Shown here: positions 36,819 to 48,192 of the stretch, one piece after another | Numbering within the stretch: the stretch's first letter is position 1 | Layout: each line of letters starts with the position of its first letter | DNA from: an uncultured Rhodospirillaceae bacterium | GTDB taxonomy: Bacteria; Pseudomonadota; Alphaproteobacteria; Rhodospirillales; Rhodospirillaceae | Reading direction: 5' to 3' | NCBI GenBank assembly: GCA_965601685.1 | Contig: CBFCWI010000001.1 | Span: forward strand, 433,694 to 497,693 | Length of the DNA stretch: 64,000 nt | Translations under genes and position numbers: made by a program | The notes under the pieces: generated by a model | What the model was told of the DNA's origin: nothing | Databases searched by the model: none | The model's input: only the letters and a program-made list of their open reading frames with translations

Positions 36819-36866
36819 GGCAAACCTACCGCCTGCGGAGAGTATACTCCTCAGTGAGAGGCTAGC

Positions 36867-37403
36867 GTGATAGAGCGGGTGTGCGTTGGTGTCATTCTTG
36901 GTGCCCAAGGCCTGCGGGGTTACGCCCGTATCCGAAGTTTCACTACTGAGCCAGCCAATATAGGGGCCTACGGTCCTGTGTGGGACGAAACTGGTATGCG
37001 CAGTTTTGTGGTGCGGGTGCTCGGGAGGCGCTGTGGGAGCGTGGTGCTGGCTGACCTGACTAATGTCGCTCATCGTTCCGAGGCTGAAGTTCTACGGGGC
37101 TTACGCCTTTTCGTGCCACGTTCGGCATTGCCAGAACCGGAGGAGGATACGTTCTACTGGGCTGATTTAGTCGGCTTGACAGTACTGTTTACCGATGGAC
37201 AGCCAGCCGGGTGTGTGCATGCGCTACATGATTTTGGGGCTGGGACCATTCTGGAACTGATTGTAGAAGAGGGAGGTACAATCATGGTGCCTTTTACTCA
37301 GGCTACGGTGCCGGAGGTGAATGTGGCTCAGGGATGGGTGAGAGTGGTCCGTGACTCTTGTGCATCTATTGATTGCAATATAGCTGCTGGGACGCGAGTA
37401 TGA
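36867..37403 (+). CDS. rimM: 16S rRNA processing protein RimM
   Basis: [20 protein letters not shown]..., FYWADLVGL and a PRC-barrel C-terminus. Lies between rpsP and trmD. GTG start. Confidence 0.88.
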   Translation: MIERVCVGVILGAQGLRGYARIRSFTTEPANIGAYGPVWDETGMRSFVVRVLGRRCGSVVLADLTNVAHRSEAEVLRGLRLFVPRSALPEPEEDTFYWADLVGLTVLFTDGQPAGCVHALHDFGAGTILELIVEEGGTIMVPFTQATVPEVNVAQGWVRVVRDSCASIDCNIAAGTRV

Positions 37404-38125
37404 CCTCCTTTCGTGTTTGTGTCTTTACGCTCTTCCCTGGTATGTTTCCTGGGCCGCTTGGCTATTCGTTGGCCGGCAAGGCTCTAGAGGCAAGAATATG
37501 GAGCCTGGAAACAGTGAACATCCGTTGTTTTGCGCGTGATAAACGCCGTACTGTTGATTGTGCTCCTTTTGGCGGTGGACCTGGCATGGTCATGCGAGCA
37601 GATGTGATTGATGCAGCCCTACAGGCAAATCATGAGCCCAGAATGCCATTAATATACCTGACACCACGTGGCCGTGTACTTACACAAGCTAACGTGCGGA
37701 CTCTGGCAAGCGCAGGAGGGCTTGGTATTCTGTGTGGCAGGTTCGAGGGCGTAGATCAGCGGGTACTCGACAAACATGGTGCTGATGAGCTCAGCATCGG
37801 TGATTATATCTTGTCTGGTGGTGAGATAGCAGCACTTGTTTTAGTAGATTCTATAGTGAGACTCCTACCAGGAGTAGTGCAACATATGGAATCTTTGGAA
37901 GAAGAGAGTTTCTCGCAAGGATTGCTGGAGTATCCACAATATACCCGTCCTAGGGTATGGGCTGGCCAGGCTGTACCGAGTGTCTTGGTCTCCGGCCATC
38001 ACAAGCGTGTTGCGGAGTGGAGGCACGCTCAGGCAGAAATGGTCACACGGGAGCGCAGGCCAGATTTATGGCACCGTTTCGCGGTTACAATGTCAAACGG
38101 GCGGGAGGGAAGGGCCTCACGATGA
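37400..38125 (+). CDS. trmD: tRNA (guanine37-N1)-methyltransferase
   Basis: [28 protein letters not shown] and [11 protein letters not shown] motifs. ATGA overlap with the rimM stop (37400-37403). Confidence 0.93.
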   Translation: MTSFRVCVFTLFPGMFPGPLGYSLAGKALEARIWSLETVNIRCFARDKRRTVDCAPFGGGPGMVMRADVIDAALQANHEPRMPLIYLTPRGRVLTQANVRTLASAGGLGILCGRFEGVDQRVLDKHGADELSIGDYILSGGEIAALVLVDSIVRLLPGVVQHMESLEEESFSQGLLEYPQYTRPRVWAGQAVPSVLVSGHHKRVAEWRHAQAEMVTRERRPDLWHRFAVTMSNGREGRASR

Positions 38126-38508
38126 ATATCATTGCACAGCTCGAACAAGAGCAGATAGCGGGACTAGCTGCGACACGGCCCATTCCAAATTTTTCGCCGG
38201 GTGACACTGTGCGTATCCATGTGAAGGTGGTTGAAGGGAACCGTGAGCGCATACAGGCCTATGAGGGCGTGTGCATTGCCCGTCGCAATGCGGCCATAAA
38301 CTCTAGCTTCACAGTACGCAAAATCTCTTTTGGCGAGGGAGTAGAACGTGTCTTCCCTCTTTATACGCCATCGATTGCAAGAATAGAAGTAGTCCGGCGT
38401 GGCAAGGTCCGGCGGGCGAAACTCTATTACCTACGCAGCCGTCGCGGTCGTGCGGCGCGTATTGTTGAGGATACATCGGCACGCGCACGTGCGTTGGGAC
38501 GTGGATAA
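38122..38508 (+). CDS. rplS: 50S ribosomal protein L19
   Basis: [11 protein letters not shown]...[33 protein letters not shown] is the L19 signature. ATGA overlap with the trmD stop. The N-terminal part of ORF 37957..38508 is just read-through inside trmD. Confidence 0.93.
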   Translation: MNIIAQLEQEQIAGLAATRPIPNFSPGDTVRIHVKVVEGNRERIQAYEGVCIARRNAAINSSFTVRKISFGEGVERVFPLYTPSIARIEVVRRGKVRRAKLYYLRSRRGRAARIVEDTSARARALGRG

Positions 38509-38581
38509 CACAATATTGATTCATCGCTGCTCCATACCGATGAGTCTCGTTCGATAGCTGCAGGAGATTTGAGTGCCTATC

Positions 38582-39988
38582 ATGGCCACCGCTACAACTC
38601 TGTTCGACAAGATTTGGCATAGTCACTTAGTTGACGTACAGGAAGATGGGACCTGCCTGCTTTATATTGATCGTCATCTTGTGCACGAGGTCACCAGTCC
38701 TCAAGCGTTTGAAGGGTTACGTCTGGCTGGTCGCCAGGTGCGTCGGCCTGCCTGGACGCTAGCTGTTGCTGACCACAATGTTCCTACTACTGACTGGTCC
38801 AGTGATATCGCTGATGCTGAGTCCCGTCTTCAAGTGGAGACTCTAGAAACAAATTGCCGCGATTTCGGCATTGAATATCTGCCCATGAACGACGTGCGGC
38901 AGGGTGTTGTTCATATCGTTGGACCTGAACAGGGATTTACTTTGCCTGGTACGACTATCGTCTGCGGCGACTCGCATACCTCAACACATGGGGCTTTCGG
39001 GGCACTGGCGTTTGGTATTGGGACTTCGGAGGTAGAACACGTGCTTGCTACGCAGACCCTTTTGCAAAAGCCTGTTAGGAATATGCGGGTAACTGTGGAT
39101 GGCATGCTAAGACCAGGTGTCACAGCAAAGGATATTATGTTGGCTATCGTGGGTCGTCTAGGCACCGCAGGAGGTACTGGTCATGTCATAGAATACGACG
39201 GCCAGGCTATTCGCGCTTTATCTATGGAAGAGCGTATGACGATCTGTAATATGAGCATTGAAGCTGGGGCACGAGCTGGCTTGATCGCACCGGATGACAC
39301 CACATTTGCCTATTTAACTGGCCGGCCGCGGGGACCTAGAGGCGCAGCCTGGGAACAGGCAGTGGCCTACTGGCGGACTCTGCAGACTGACGCGTATGCC
39401 CGTTTTGATTCGAGCGTGACACTCCAGGCAACTGATCTCGTCCCGCAGGTCACATGGGGCACAAACCCAGAAGATGTCGTGCCTATTACCGGTCAGGTTC
39501 CAAATCCAGAATCTGTGCATGACGTCGGCAAGCGCCGTGCCATGCTTCGGTCTCTTACGTATATGGGCTTGTCTCCAGGGACGCCAATGACGTCAATCCG
39601 AATTGACAGGGTTTTTATCGGTAGCTGTACCAATGGCCGCATAGAGGATCTGCGCGCTGCCGCATCTGTGGTCAGAGACCGCGTGTTAGCGCCATGGGTA
39701 GACGCTATGGTAGTACCAGGATCGGGTTTGGTAAAGGCACAGGCAGAGGCTGAAGGAATCGACAGAATTTTCCGCACCGCTGGCTTCTCGTGGCGTAAGC
39801 CGGGGTGTTCTATGTGTTTAGCCATGAATGCTGATCGACTGGCACCGGGGCAACGATGTGCCTCAACCTCCAATCGTAATTTCGAGGGACGGCAGGGGCG
39901 TGAAGGACGTACGCATCTGATGAGTCCGATTATGGCAGCAGCCGCTGCTATTACAGGATATATAACAGATGTTAGATCTCTTCATTGA
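38582..39988 (+). CDS. leuC: 3-isopropylmalate dehydratase large subunit
   Basis: [24 protein letters not shown], and aconitase-type Cys ligand contexts ([20 protein letters not shown]). Confidence 0.95.
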   Translation: MATATTLFDKIWHSHLVDVQEDGTCLLYIDRHLVHEVTSPQAFEGLRLAGRQVRRPAWTLAVADHNVPTTDWSSDIADAESRLQVETLETNCRDFGIEYLPMNDVRQGVVHIVGPEQGFTLPGTTIVCGDSHTSTHGAFGALAFGIGTSEVEHVLATQTLLQKPVRNMRVTVDGMLRPGVTAKDIMLAIVGRLGTAGGTGHVIEYDGQAIRALSMEERMTICNMSIEAGARAGLIAPDDTTFAYLTGRPRGPRGAAWEQAVAYWRTLQTDAYARFDSSVTLQATDLVPQVTWGTNPEDVVPITGQVPNPESVHDVGKRRAMLRSLTYMGLSPGTPMTSIRIDRVFIGSCTNGRIEDLRAAASVVRDRVLAPWVDAMVVPGSGLVKAQAEAEGIDRIFRTAGFSWRKPGCSMCLAMNADRLAPGQRCASTSNRNFEGRQGREGRTHLMSPIMAAAAAITGYITDVRSLH

Positions 39989-40130
39989 TATGGATATTAC
40001 TGCAGGGCTATACGTATATGTTATGTTCTTACTGTTACCCCGTGGGTGGCATGAGGATACGACGTAGTGTGCATGTCGAAAGAAGAAACAAAGAGCGGAG
40101 AGTATCGAGGGTAGGGAATAGGTAGGCCTC

Positions 40131-40739
40131 ATGCAAAAATTCACTGTTCTAACCGGTGTTGCGGCGCCGCTGCCTCTGGTCAACGTCGATACCGACCTGA
40201 TCATTCCTAAGCAGTTTTTGAAGACTGTCAAGCGCAGCGGCTTAGGCCGACATTTGTTTCACGACATGCGTTATGACAGAAACGGACATGAAAATCCCGT
40301 GTTCATCCTAAACCGGCCAGTTTATCGGCAAGCCGTCATTTTGGTGACGTCCGCTAATTTCGGCTGCGGTTCATCTCGCGAGCATGCACCATGGGCCATT
40401 CTGGATTTTGGCATTCGGTGCCTTGTCGCACCCAGCTATGCTGATATATTTTTTAATAACTGTTTTAAAAACGGCATCCTACCAATCCTCCTCCCACAGG
40501 AGCATGTCACCGCGCTCATGGAGAAAGCTGAGTGCGGTGGTGTGGGTGCTGTGATGACTGTTGATCTAGAACGCCAGGAGATCCGGGCGTCCGATAATGT
40601 GATCTTATCTTTTGCAGTGGATTCCTTCCACAAGTATTGCTTGATGGAAGGAATCGAAGACATTGGGCTGACTCTGACCAAGACGGACAAGATTGCCTTC
40701 TATGAGGCACGACATAGTCGCACACAGCCATGGTTGTGA
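40131..40739 (+). CDS. leuD: 3-isopropylmalate dehydratase small subunit
   Basis: [14 protein letters not shown] and [14 protein letters not shown] motifs. About 200 aa. Confidence 0.95.
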   Translation: MQKFTVLTGVAAPLPLVNVDTDLIIPKQFLKTVKRSGLGRHLFHDMRYDRNGHENPVFILNRPVYRQAVILVTSANFGCGSSREHAPWAILDFGIRCLVAPSYADIFFNNCFKNGILPILLPQEHVTALMEKAECGGVGAVMTVDLERQEIRASDNVILSFAVDSFHKYCLMEGIEDIGLTLTKTDKIAFYEARHSRTQPWL

Positions 40740-40810
40740 CCATGCTGCTGGGGGAGGGTATGTTTGAGTATGGCGATGGGTGCTCTGACCTGGAGATAAA
40801 GTGAGGCACT

Positions 40811-41917
40811 ATGAAGAGACTTCTCGTTCTGTCGGGCGACGGAATTGGTCCCGAGGTCATGGCCCAAGTCATGCGCGTGATCGACTGGATGGCCCGCAAG
40901 GGACGTATCCAGTTCAACGTCAAGGAGAGCTTGATTGGCGGCTGTTCCTGCGATGCTCATGGTACGGCTCTGACAGATGAAACCCTGGCAGAAGCCATGG
41001 CCGCTGACGCAGTATTACTGGGTGCTGTCGGTGGACCTAAGTGGGATGGTTTGTCGTTTAAAAAGAAACCAGAGCAGGGGCTGCTGCGTCTGCGTAAGGC
41101 TATGGATCTGTTTGCTAATCTCCGTCCAGCTATCGTGTTCGATGCTCTGGCAGATGCTGCGACGTTAAAGTTAGATGTCGTCAAGGGTTTAGATCTGATG
41201 ATTGTGCGTGAGCTGACTGGTGGTGTCTACTTTGGTGAACCACGCGGCATAGAGATTCTAGACGATAAGACACGCAGAGGAGTCAATACTCATGTGTATA
41301 CTACTTATGAAGTAGAGCGTGTGGCCCGCATTGCTTTTGATTTATCCTTGAAGAGAAATAGAAAAGTCTGTTCTGTTGACAAGGCCAATGTCATGGAGGC
41401 AGGGGTACTGTGGCGTGAAGAAGTGACGAGAGTCTGGGATGAAGAATACAAAGCGCAAGGGGTGATACTAGAGCATATGTATGCCGATAACTGTGCTATG
41501 CAGCTTGTGCGTGCTCCAAAGCAGTTTGACGTCATCGTAACTGACAATTTATTTGGGGACCTGCTCTCCGATTGTGCTGCCACGCTGACTGGCTCCCTTG
41601 GTATGCTGCCGTCTGCGAGCCTAGGGATACCGCTGGGGGGACAGCGCCGCGCTCTATATGAGCCAGCCCATGGCTCAGCGCCGGATATTGCTGGCAAGGA
41701 TATCGCTAACCCCCTTGCCACACTGCTATCGTTCTCTATGATGCTGCGCTACTCGTTCGACAAACCAGATGATGCCAACTTGATTGAACGAGCAGTCCAA
41801 CAGGTTCTGAGCGGTGGCCTGCGCACGGCAGACATTATGCAGCCTAACAAAGCAAAGGTATCCACCACAGTGATGGGTGATGTTATTTTGCGCGAGTTAG
41901 ATAAACTCGTAATTTAA
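40811..41917 (+). CDS. leuB: 3-isopropylmalate dehydrogenase
   Basis: [21 protein letters not shown] and [26 protein letters not shown] motifs. Confidence 0.95.
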   Translation: MKRLLVLSGDGIGPEVMAQVMRVIDWMARKGRIQFNVKESLIGGCSCDAHGTALTDETLAEAMAADAVLLGAVGGPKWDGLSFKKKPEQGLLRLRKAMDLFANLRPAIVFDALADAATLKLDVVKGLDLMIVRELTGGVYFGEPRGIEILDDKTRRGVNTHVYTTYEVERVARIAFDLSLKRNRKVCSVDKANVMEAGVLWREEVTRVWDEEYKAQGVILEHMYADNCAMQLVRAPKQFDVIVTDNLFGDLLSDCAATLTGSLGMLPSASLGIPLGGQRRALYEPAHGSAPDIAGKDIANPLATLLSFSMMLRYSFDKPDDANLIERAVQQVLSGGLRTADIMQPNKAKVSTTVMGDVILRELDKLVI

Positions 41918-41931
41918 TACCTCCTTGGCTG

Positions 41932-42999
41932 CTAGGACGATGTTTCTTTTTTTTCCTGTTCTCCCTCTTTGAGTAGCAGGCTCTCTGGGCGAGTATGCAA
42001 GGCAGCAGCGATATAGGAGGGAATCCGGTACAGCCAGCCGTGGTGACGGCTGTTTAGGGTCTTTGCTTCTGTGTTGACTTCTCCTTCCGCTTCATGTGCA
42101 GCACTGGCTGTGAGAGTGAGCCAAGTGGCGCCATCACTGTTGGCATATGCGGTGAGGTTGATTCGTAGACCGTCGTGGGTAGCCAGGTCAACCTGTGTGG
42201 TCGGTGGTACACCGGCAACTGCGCGATTGTTACGTACGTTTTCAAAGTTAATACGCGTTAGTAATGCGATCATACGTTGTATAGCGCTCTCGTCTACCTT
42301 GGCGGTATATGGAATAGGTTGGACAATAGTAGGAGCACCGTTACCCAGCTGGGTAATGCTCATCGTCTGACGACCATCAGGATGGCGGAGAGTCACCTGA
42401 GACAGCCTCGCGCTGCTGACCCTGATCACAGTCGACTCAACCCAGTCACGGAGATCGGTAGTAGGAAAGAGAGCAGTGCGGGCTAGCCAAGTCTGCGCCT
42501 CACCGGGCCGGCGAACATAAACTCCCTCGCTGCCACCACCAGCACTCCCAAGATCAAAACGGCGTCTACCGACAATGATAGCAGTGAGTACGTTACCATT
42601 TGCGTCTTTGAGAGTGAGTTTGCGACCACTGCCTGCCGCCATATCTGGGTCGGCGAGATCCAAGAGGGCATGACGCTCGACCTTGGCTGTTTTTGGCTCC
42701 AGCAGAACAGCCCGAACCATCTCCGCTACCATCGCACGGACCTTGGAGATGTCAGCTGGATAGCTGTCCCACTCCTTCAGATGCCAACCTTGAGGACTGC
42801 GTTCCATCGTCAGGGAACCAGTTGCAGAGCGAACGGTCAAGCTGGCAATATCATTGGCCCAGTTGCTGAGATCAGGAAACAACACGGCTCTACCTGCTTC
42901 AGGAACCCGATGTCCGGGGCGACCGGTCACGGTTATAATCGCCGTGCCCGTTGATACTGCGGTGATGAAAGCTACGATGAGGAAGGCCCCGAAGGTCAT
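41932..42999 (-). CDS. DUF4340-like membrane-anchored protein (last gene of the GldG-type ABC operon)
   Basis: Single N-terminal TM segment (FGAFLIVAFITAVSTG) followed by a soluble beta-rich region. Sits 18 nt downstream of the GldG-like gene, where DUF4340 proteins usually sit. The family call is positional and compositional. Confidence 0.5.
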   Translation of the reverse strand: MTFGAFLIVAFITAVSTGTAIITVTGRPGHRVPEAGRAVLFPDLSNWANDIASLTVRSATGSLTMERSPQGWHLKEWDSYPADISKVRAMVAEMVRAVLLEPKTAKVERHALLDLADPDMAAGSGRKLTLKDANGNVLTAIIVGRRRFDLGSAGGGSEGVYVRRPGEAQTWLARTALFPTTDLRDWVESTVIRVSSARLSQVTLRHPDGRQTMSITQLGNGAPTIVQPIPYTAKVDESAIQRMIALLTRINFENVRNNRAVAGVPPTTQVDLATHDGLRINLTAYANSDGATWLTLTASAAHEAEGEVNTEAKTLNSRHHGWLYRIPSYIAAALHTRPESLLLKEGEQEKKETSS

Positions 43000-43017
43000 A
43001 GAGATATTGTCCCCATG

Positions 43018-44907
43018 TCATCTCTCGACTGGCTCTTGAGTGTCACGCCGACGGCGTCGCATAGCGACCCCCCCTGCAACGCCAGCTAGTACGAGCGGTA
43101 CTCCAGCAATGTTGATTGCCTTGGTCCAGGCTTCTCTGTGTTCAATATCCTGGGCCAGGGCGTGCTTAACTGCGCGTAGTTCACGACGAGCCACTAACAA
43201 GTCACGACGGAAGTTCTCAAGGTTCTTGCGTTCCTGTGGCAGGAGCAGGAGATCACTTTGCTTATTCTCCCTCCGTTCCAAAACGTGCAGACGTCCCTGC
43301 ACAGCGTCGATCTGCTGCAGAAGTGCCCGCTCTCTCGCCCTGTAGCGCCATTCCGCTTCGCGACGCAGGGTTTCCAGAAGCACAAATGGCCGTCCAATCC
43401 GCCCACGGCCACGTAGACCAATTAGGGCCTCGGCACCAGAGAGATTCTCCAACGCGTTGAGCACAAATATGCCATTGTCAGCTACTGGGATAGACAACTG
43501 CTGGCCGAAAAAATCCTGCTTTTGCACCCAAAACCTATCTGCTAGAACATCCGTATCTGCTACTAAAATGACATTTATGTTTGTTTTAGAAATCTCTAAG
43601 TGCGAACCATGATTTTTATCACTTATAACTTGCAATATCGGTGAGCCATCAACAAAAGCGGAAGATGCTACACCAGTGACACGGATAGCAAGGGTCAAGC
43701 GCTGGTTTTCAGATTGAAAAGACAGAACCAAACTCTCTATATCTGGTAGAGGGCTCTTGAACTTCTCCGCTGAGAGTCGCATAGAACGCGAGCTAGTGGA
43801 AATGAGGGGGTAGATGGCGGTTGTTGCCCCGTCGATGGCCTCTAATATACCAGCAGTTGCAACATTCACTCGCTCCAAAGTCCCAACCACAGCATCGCCG
43901 TCGTCGAACGCTTCCTGTCCTAGAGAGAGCCACGCCACGTGATCTGTGATCATCGAATGCATGCCCTGGCCAGCATTAACCCGCCTCGCCGCGTCGATAT
44001 TAGCAGCGACTTGGTCTGGAGTGAAGCTTACACCCCATGATTTTAAAATACGTGTAAAACTACTTATACTTTCTAAATCTAAGAGAATACTCCTATTATG
44101 GAGACCGTTTTCTGCAACAGGATCTATAAAAAGCAGCACTCGTCCTCCCCTGAGGACAAATTGATCGATGATATACAGGGTTTCCACCGGTAAATTCGTC
44201 GGTTGAACGACCATGAGCACGTCTATGTCAGGCGGCAGAGCATCAAGCTCCGTGGGCAGGAGATGTACCTTGAACAGCGCATGTATCTGATCCATCAGAA
44301 CCCCCCCAAGCCCACTGCGACTGTTAAGTGGTAGAGTGGAGAGAATGCCTATGGTTTTGCGCTTTGTCATGGCTAAGCTATGAAAGAGCCGAGTCAAATC
44401 GTACTCTATAAAAGTCTCGCGCTCGAGATTGAAGAATGACACTGTCTCTTGCGCATCAACGCTGTTAGTAGCCGCTAGACCAAAATAACCAAGTTCACCT
44501 CCTTCACTCATTGGTACGCCTTGCAACCCAAAAGCCACAGCTCGATCCTCGGCTTCTGAGAAGGGCTCCGGATCAATGAATTCGACCTTCACCATACCTC
44601 CTGCAAGATCAACGTATTGCAGTAATAAGCCCTTAATACGTGTATAAAAAGTGGCGTGTAGCGGACTGCGCTCACCAAGTTTCTTGGAAAAATACACACG
44701 TACTGTAATAGGTTCATCAATAGTGACAATAACGTCTTTAGTATTCTCTGAAAGAGAGAATAATCTTTCTTCCGTCAAATCGATATACAGCGGCTTCAAG
44801 AGGGAACCAGCAGCCACGTTGACAGCCAGCAAGGCTATAGCAGCAAGCATCACGGCAAGCAGATCCAGCCAGCGCTGGTGAGTGAACGTGAAGCAGGCTT
44901 CAATCAT
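43018..44907 (-). CDS. GldG-family ABC-transporter auxiliary protein
   Basis: About 630 aa. N-terminal TM, large periplasmic region, and a C-terminal coiled segment plus TM (INIAGVPLVLAGVAGGVAM), directly after an ABC-2 permease. Start set to MIEACF (ATG at 44907), 2 nt after the permease stop. Confidence 0.6.
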   Translation of the reverse strand: MIEACFTFTHQRWLDLLAVMLAAIALLAVNVAAGSLLKPLYIDLTEERLFSLSENTKDVIVTIDEPITVRVYFSKKLGERSPLHATFYTRIKGLLLQYVDLAGGMVKVEFIDPEPFSEAEDRAVAFGLQGVPMSEGGELGYFGLAATNSVDAQETVSFFNLERETFIEYDLTRLFHSLAMTKRKTIGILSTLPLNSRSGLGGVLMDQIHALFKVHLLPTELDALPPDIDVLMVVQPTNLPVETLYIIDQFVLRGGRVLLFIDPVAENGLHNRSILLDLESISSFTRILKSWGVSFTPDQVAANIDAARRVNAGQGMHSMITDHVAWLSLGQEAFDDGDAVVGTLERVNVATAGILEAIDGATTAIYPLISTSSRSMRLSAEKFKSPLPDIESLVLSFQSENQRLTLAIRVTGVASSAFVDGSPILQVISDKNHGSHLEISKTNINVILVADTDVLADRFWVQKQDFFGQQLSIPVADNGIFVLNALENLSGAEALIGLRGRGRIGRPFVLLETLRREAEWRYRARERALLQQIDAVQGRLHVLERRENKQSDLLLLPQERKNLENFRRDLLVARRELRAVKHALAQDIEHREAWTKAINIAGVPLVLAGVAGGVAMRRRRRDTQEPVER

Positions 44908-44909
44908 AT

Positions 44910-45656
44910 TCACAATCTCTTGCGCAGATCTAATACTACTACAGTAGTGAATAACCAAAATGCTATCATTGTAAGAAAAAATATAATATCTGCTAGCTCT
45001 AGTACTCCATAGATCATTGACTGAAAATGGCTAAGAAACGACAGAGCGGTAATAGCCTCTACTACTATTGCAGGTGTCCATACACGGAAACCATCCAAGA
45101 CAATATCGAGACCGCTCATCACTAAGAGAAAGCTCACAGCGGCCGCTCCCACGAAGGCAATGACTTGATTGCGCGTCAACGCCGATAAACAGGAGCCTAT
45201 GGCTAGAAACGCACCTGCCATCAAGAAACTACCTATGTAGCCTGCTACCACTGGACCATTGTCTGGCTTACCCAGCACATTGATAGAGAGCCACAGCGGG
45301 AATGTCAGGGTCAAAGCTAATCCGATGAACGCCCATGCCGCGAGGAACTTGCCTACTACTGCCTGGGCCGTGGATAAGGGTAGGGTCACCAGCAGCTCGA
45401 TGGTACCAGATTGTAATTCCTCTGCCCACAGGCGCATAGCGATTGCTGGGACAAGCAGCAAATAAAGCCACGGGTGATAAAGGAAGAAGCGTTCTAAGCT
45501 CGCCTGCCCATTTTCAAACAGGTTCCCAACATAGAAAGTGAGAGCGTTCGCCAAAGCGGTAAATATAACAATGAACACCAGGGCAAGCGGGGTAGTAAAA
45601 TAAGCCTGGAATTCACGACCCGCTACCGCACGGATCATCCGCAGCGTGTTTTGCAT
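44910..45656 (-). CDS. ABC-2-type transporter permease
   Basis: 248 aa, six predicted TM segments. The N-terminus AVAGREFQAYFTTPLALVFIVIF is typical of ABC-2 permeases. Confidence 0.75.
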   Translation of the reverse strand: MQNTLRMIRAVAGREFQAYFTTPLALVFIVIFTALANALTFYVGNLFENGQASLERFFLYHPWLYLLLVPAIAMRLWAEELQSGTIELLVTLPLSTAQAVVGKFLAAWAFIGLALTLTFPLWLSINVLGKPDNGPVVAGYIGSFLMAGAFLAIGSCLSALTRNQVIAFVGAAAVSFLLVMSGLDIVLDGFRVWTPAIVVEAITALSFLSHFQSMIYGVLELADIIFFLTMIAFWLFTTVVVLDLRKRL

Positions 45657-45673
45657 GATACTGAACCTTTTCC

Positions 45674-46624
45674 TCAGCCTGGTAAGGTGAGGGTGCGGAA
45701 AACATCGTCAAGTCGCCCGCGCTCTACCGTTAGCGCGATCAAGGCATGGGATCGTAGGGCCTCGCTCACAGCGGCGGTGAGAGCACGCCCTTCTCGCGGC
45801 AACACCCTTAGCCGTCTACTGCTCTCGTCTGGTGCATTTTCATTCTTGATATGTTCAACATCGCAAGCGTGGACCAGCCGGCGTAATTTCTGCTCCACCA
45901 CAGTGGCCTCTGCTGCAGCAACAGTCACTGTTACAGCATTGTGACAGGGTAGATGGGCTAGTAACTCCTCAGCCGTGCCATCAGCTACCAGACGGCCACG
46001 GGCAATGATAACGGCTCGGCAACACAAAGCCTCTACTTCTTCTAAAATATGGGTGGAGACGATAATGGCCTTGTCCGCTGCCATGTCGCGAATCAGGGTG
46101 CGCACATGATGTTTCTGGTTAGGATCAAGGCCATCAGTTGGTTCGTCCAGAATCAGAACTTCAGGGTTGTGCAGAATGGCCTGCGCTAAACCCACACGCC
46201 GTCGGAAGCCCTTGGAAAGAGTATCGATAGGCTGATATAGCACTTCAGTCAGGGCCACACGTTTTGCGACGGCAGCCACACGTTTGCCCCTTTCTACCCT
46301 GCTATAGCCGCGTACGTTAGCGATAAAGGACAGAAAAGCTGCTGGCGTCATATCGCCGTAGGCCGGAGCACCTTCTGGTAGATAGCCGAGCTTAGCCTTG
46401 GCCGCTAGTGGTTGGGTAGTCATATCGAATCCACACACTGCTGCGGTACCAGCAGTCGGGGTTAGGAAGCCCGTCACCATTTTCATGGTAGTCGACTTGC
46501 CAGCGCCATTGGGTCCCAGAAAAGCAAGCACTTCTCCCCGCTTCACTGTCAGAGTGATCCCGTCAACAGCAATCAGCTGGTTGAATCTTTTGCTCAGCCT
46601 GTCGAGGACTATCATTGCCGACAT
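45674..46624 (-). CDS. ABC transporter ATP-binding protein
   Basis: Walker A GPNGAGKSTT, signature LSKGFRRRVGLA, Walker B LILDEPTDGLD. Start chosen at MSAMIVLDRL (46624); Met at 46636 or 46708 is also possible. Confidence 0.9.
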   Translation of the reverse strand: MSAMIVLDRLSKRFNQLIAVDGITLTVKRGEVLAFLGPNGAGKSTTMKMVTGFLTPTAGTAAVCGFDMTTQPLAAKAKLGYLPEGAPAYGDMTPAAFLSFIANVRGYSRVERGKRVAAVAKRVALTEVLYQPIDTLSKGFRRRVGLAQAILHNPEVLILDEPTDGLDPNQKHHVRTLIRDMAADKAIIVSTHILEEVEALCCRAVIIARGRLVADGTAEELLAHLPCHNAVTVTVAAAEATVVEQKLRRLVHACDVEHIKNENAPDESSRRLRVLPREGRALTAAVSEALRSHALIALTVERGRLDDVFRTLTLPG

Positions 46625-46794
46625 ACGCCTACCCATCTTTACTCGCAGCTTTATGCTCCTATCTAACACCACTGCGCCTTCCGTCAAGAACTTGAACGCG
46701 CAAGCCAATTATCTGAGGGAGTTGATAAGAGTAGAAGGGTGTATGAACATTTCATTACTGCCCATAGCAGTATCTACTTTTGGAGGTTGTAAGC

Positions 46795-48033
46795 ATGGAA
46801 AAAATTCAGGTTATGAATCCGATTGTCGAGCTGAATGGCGACGAGATGGCACGAATTCTCTGGCAAATGATCCGCGAAAGATTGATTCTGCCTTATCTTG
46901 AGATTGACCTGCACTCTTTCGATCTAGGAATCGCACACCGTGACAGGACTCATGACCAAGTCACCATAGAGGCAGCCCATGCCATCAGACTCTATGGGGT
47001 GGGGGTCAAGTGTGCTACCATCACACCTGACGAGGATCGGGTACGGGAACTCGGTCTTAAGAAGATGTGGCAATCCCCTAACGGCACTATACGTAATATC
47101 CTTGGTGGCACTGTCTTTCGCGAGCCGATCATCTGCTGTAACGTGCCGCGGCTGGTCCCAGGCTGGATGAGTCCTATTGTCATTGCCCGCCATGCCTTCG
47201 GTGATCAGTATAGCGCCACTGACTTCTGTATTCCCGTAGCGGGTCGCCTTGAAATGGTGTTTACGCCGGCAAGCGGTGATACGTCCATAGTACACAGGGT
47301 GTTCGACTTTCCTGAGCCAGGTGTGGCCTTGGGCATGTATAACATGGATGAATCGATCCTCGGATTCGCGCGTTCCTGTTTCAATTATGGTCTTGAACGT
47401 GGGTATTCTGTTTACCTCTCTACGAAAAACACTATCCTCAAGGCCTATGATGGACGCTTCAGGGAGCTGTTCCAGACGGTATTTGATACTGAATTCTCTG
47501 GTGCTTATGCAGAACGCCATCTGCACTATGAACACCGTCTAATAGACGATATGGTAGCCTCTGTTCTCAAATGGCAGGGTGGTTTCATCTGGGCCTGTAA
47601 GAATTATGACGGCGATGTTCAGTCTGATTCCGTTGCACAAGGATTCGGATCGCTTGGCTTGATGACATCGGTTCTCATGAGTCCAGATGGCAAGACCATT
47701 GAAGCTGAGGCGGCTCACGGCACCGTCGTCCGCCACTACCGCGACTATCAGGCAGGCCGTGAAACCTCGACTAATCCCATCGCTTCCATCTTTGCTTGGA
47801 CGCGTGGTCTCCAGTTCCGTGGCAGGTTCGACAACACGCCAGATGTTATACACTTTGCGGACACATTGGAGAAAGTATGTGTGACCACAGTGGAAAAAGG
47901 CCATATGACCAGAGATTTGGCGCTCTTGATAGACCCACACCAACCATGGCTCACTACCAGTCAGTTTTTCAATAAGTTAGACGAGAATCTGCAGAGTGCA
48001 ATGGCAGCACATACCGCCACTTGCACGTCTTGA
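46795..48033 (+). CDS. icd: NADP-dependent isocitrate dehydrogenase, eukaryote-like homodimeric type
   Basis: [32 protein letters not shown] and NYDGDVQSD motifs. GGAGG Shine-Dalgarno upstream of ATG 46795. Confidence 0.93.
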   Translation: MEKIQVMNPIVELNGDEMARILWQMIRERLILPYLEIDLHSFDLGIAHRDRTHDQVTIEAAHAIRLYGVGVKCATITPDEDRVRELGLKKMWQSPNGTIRNILGGTVFREPIICCNVPRLVPGWMSPIVIARHAFGDQYSATDFCIPVAGRLEMVFTPASGDTSIVHRVFDFPEPGVALGMYNMDESILGFARSCFNYGLERGYSVYLSTKNTILKAYDGRFRELFQTVFDTEFSGAYAERHLHYEHRLIDDMVASVLKWQGGFIWACKNYDGDVQSDSVAQGFGSLGLMTSVLMSPDGKTIEAEAAHGTVVRHYRDYQAGRETSTNPIASIFAWTRGLQFRGRFDNTPDVIHFADTLEKVCVTTVEKGHMTRDLALLIDPHQPWLTTSQFFNKLDENLQSAMAAHTATCTS

Positions 48034-48192
48034 GTCTCCTAGGCTCTCTATGTTTCTCTTGGCGGGTAACGTTTCACTTCTTCGGGTAACGTATTGTGCG
48101 TATCTCCGCTACAAGTTCTAGAGTGACCCGTATTTTTTTAGTCAGCTGGCTTAGGAGGAGCGCATGCATGGCATAGGCACAAGTATATCGTA

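Noticed and set aside
37957-38121. N-terminal 55 codons of ORF 37957-38508, considered as an extended L19.
   Set aside because: This part lies inside trmD in another frame. L19 clearly begins at MNIIAQ (38122) with an ATGA stop/start overlap.
48034-48192. Direct 9-mer repeat gggtaacgt (about 48064-48072 and about 48084-48092) and a T7 run (about 48133-48139) after icd, considered as a terminator or regulatory repeat.
   Set aside because: No stable hairpin precedes the T-run, and the short direct repeat could occur by chance. I noted it only.
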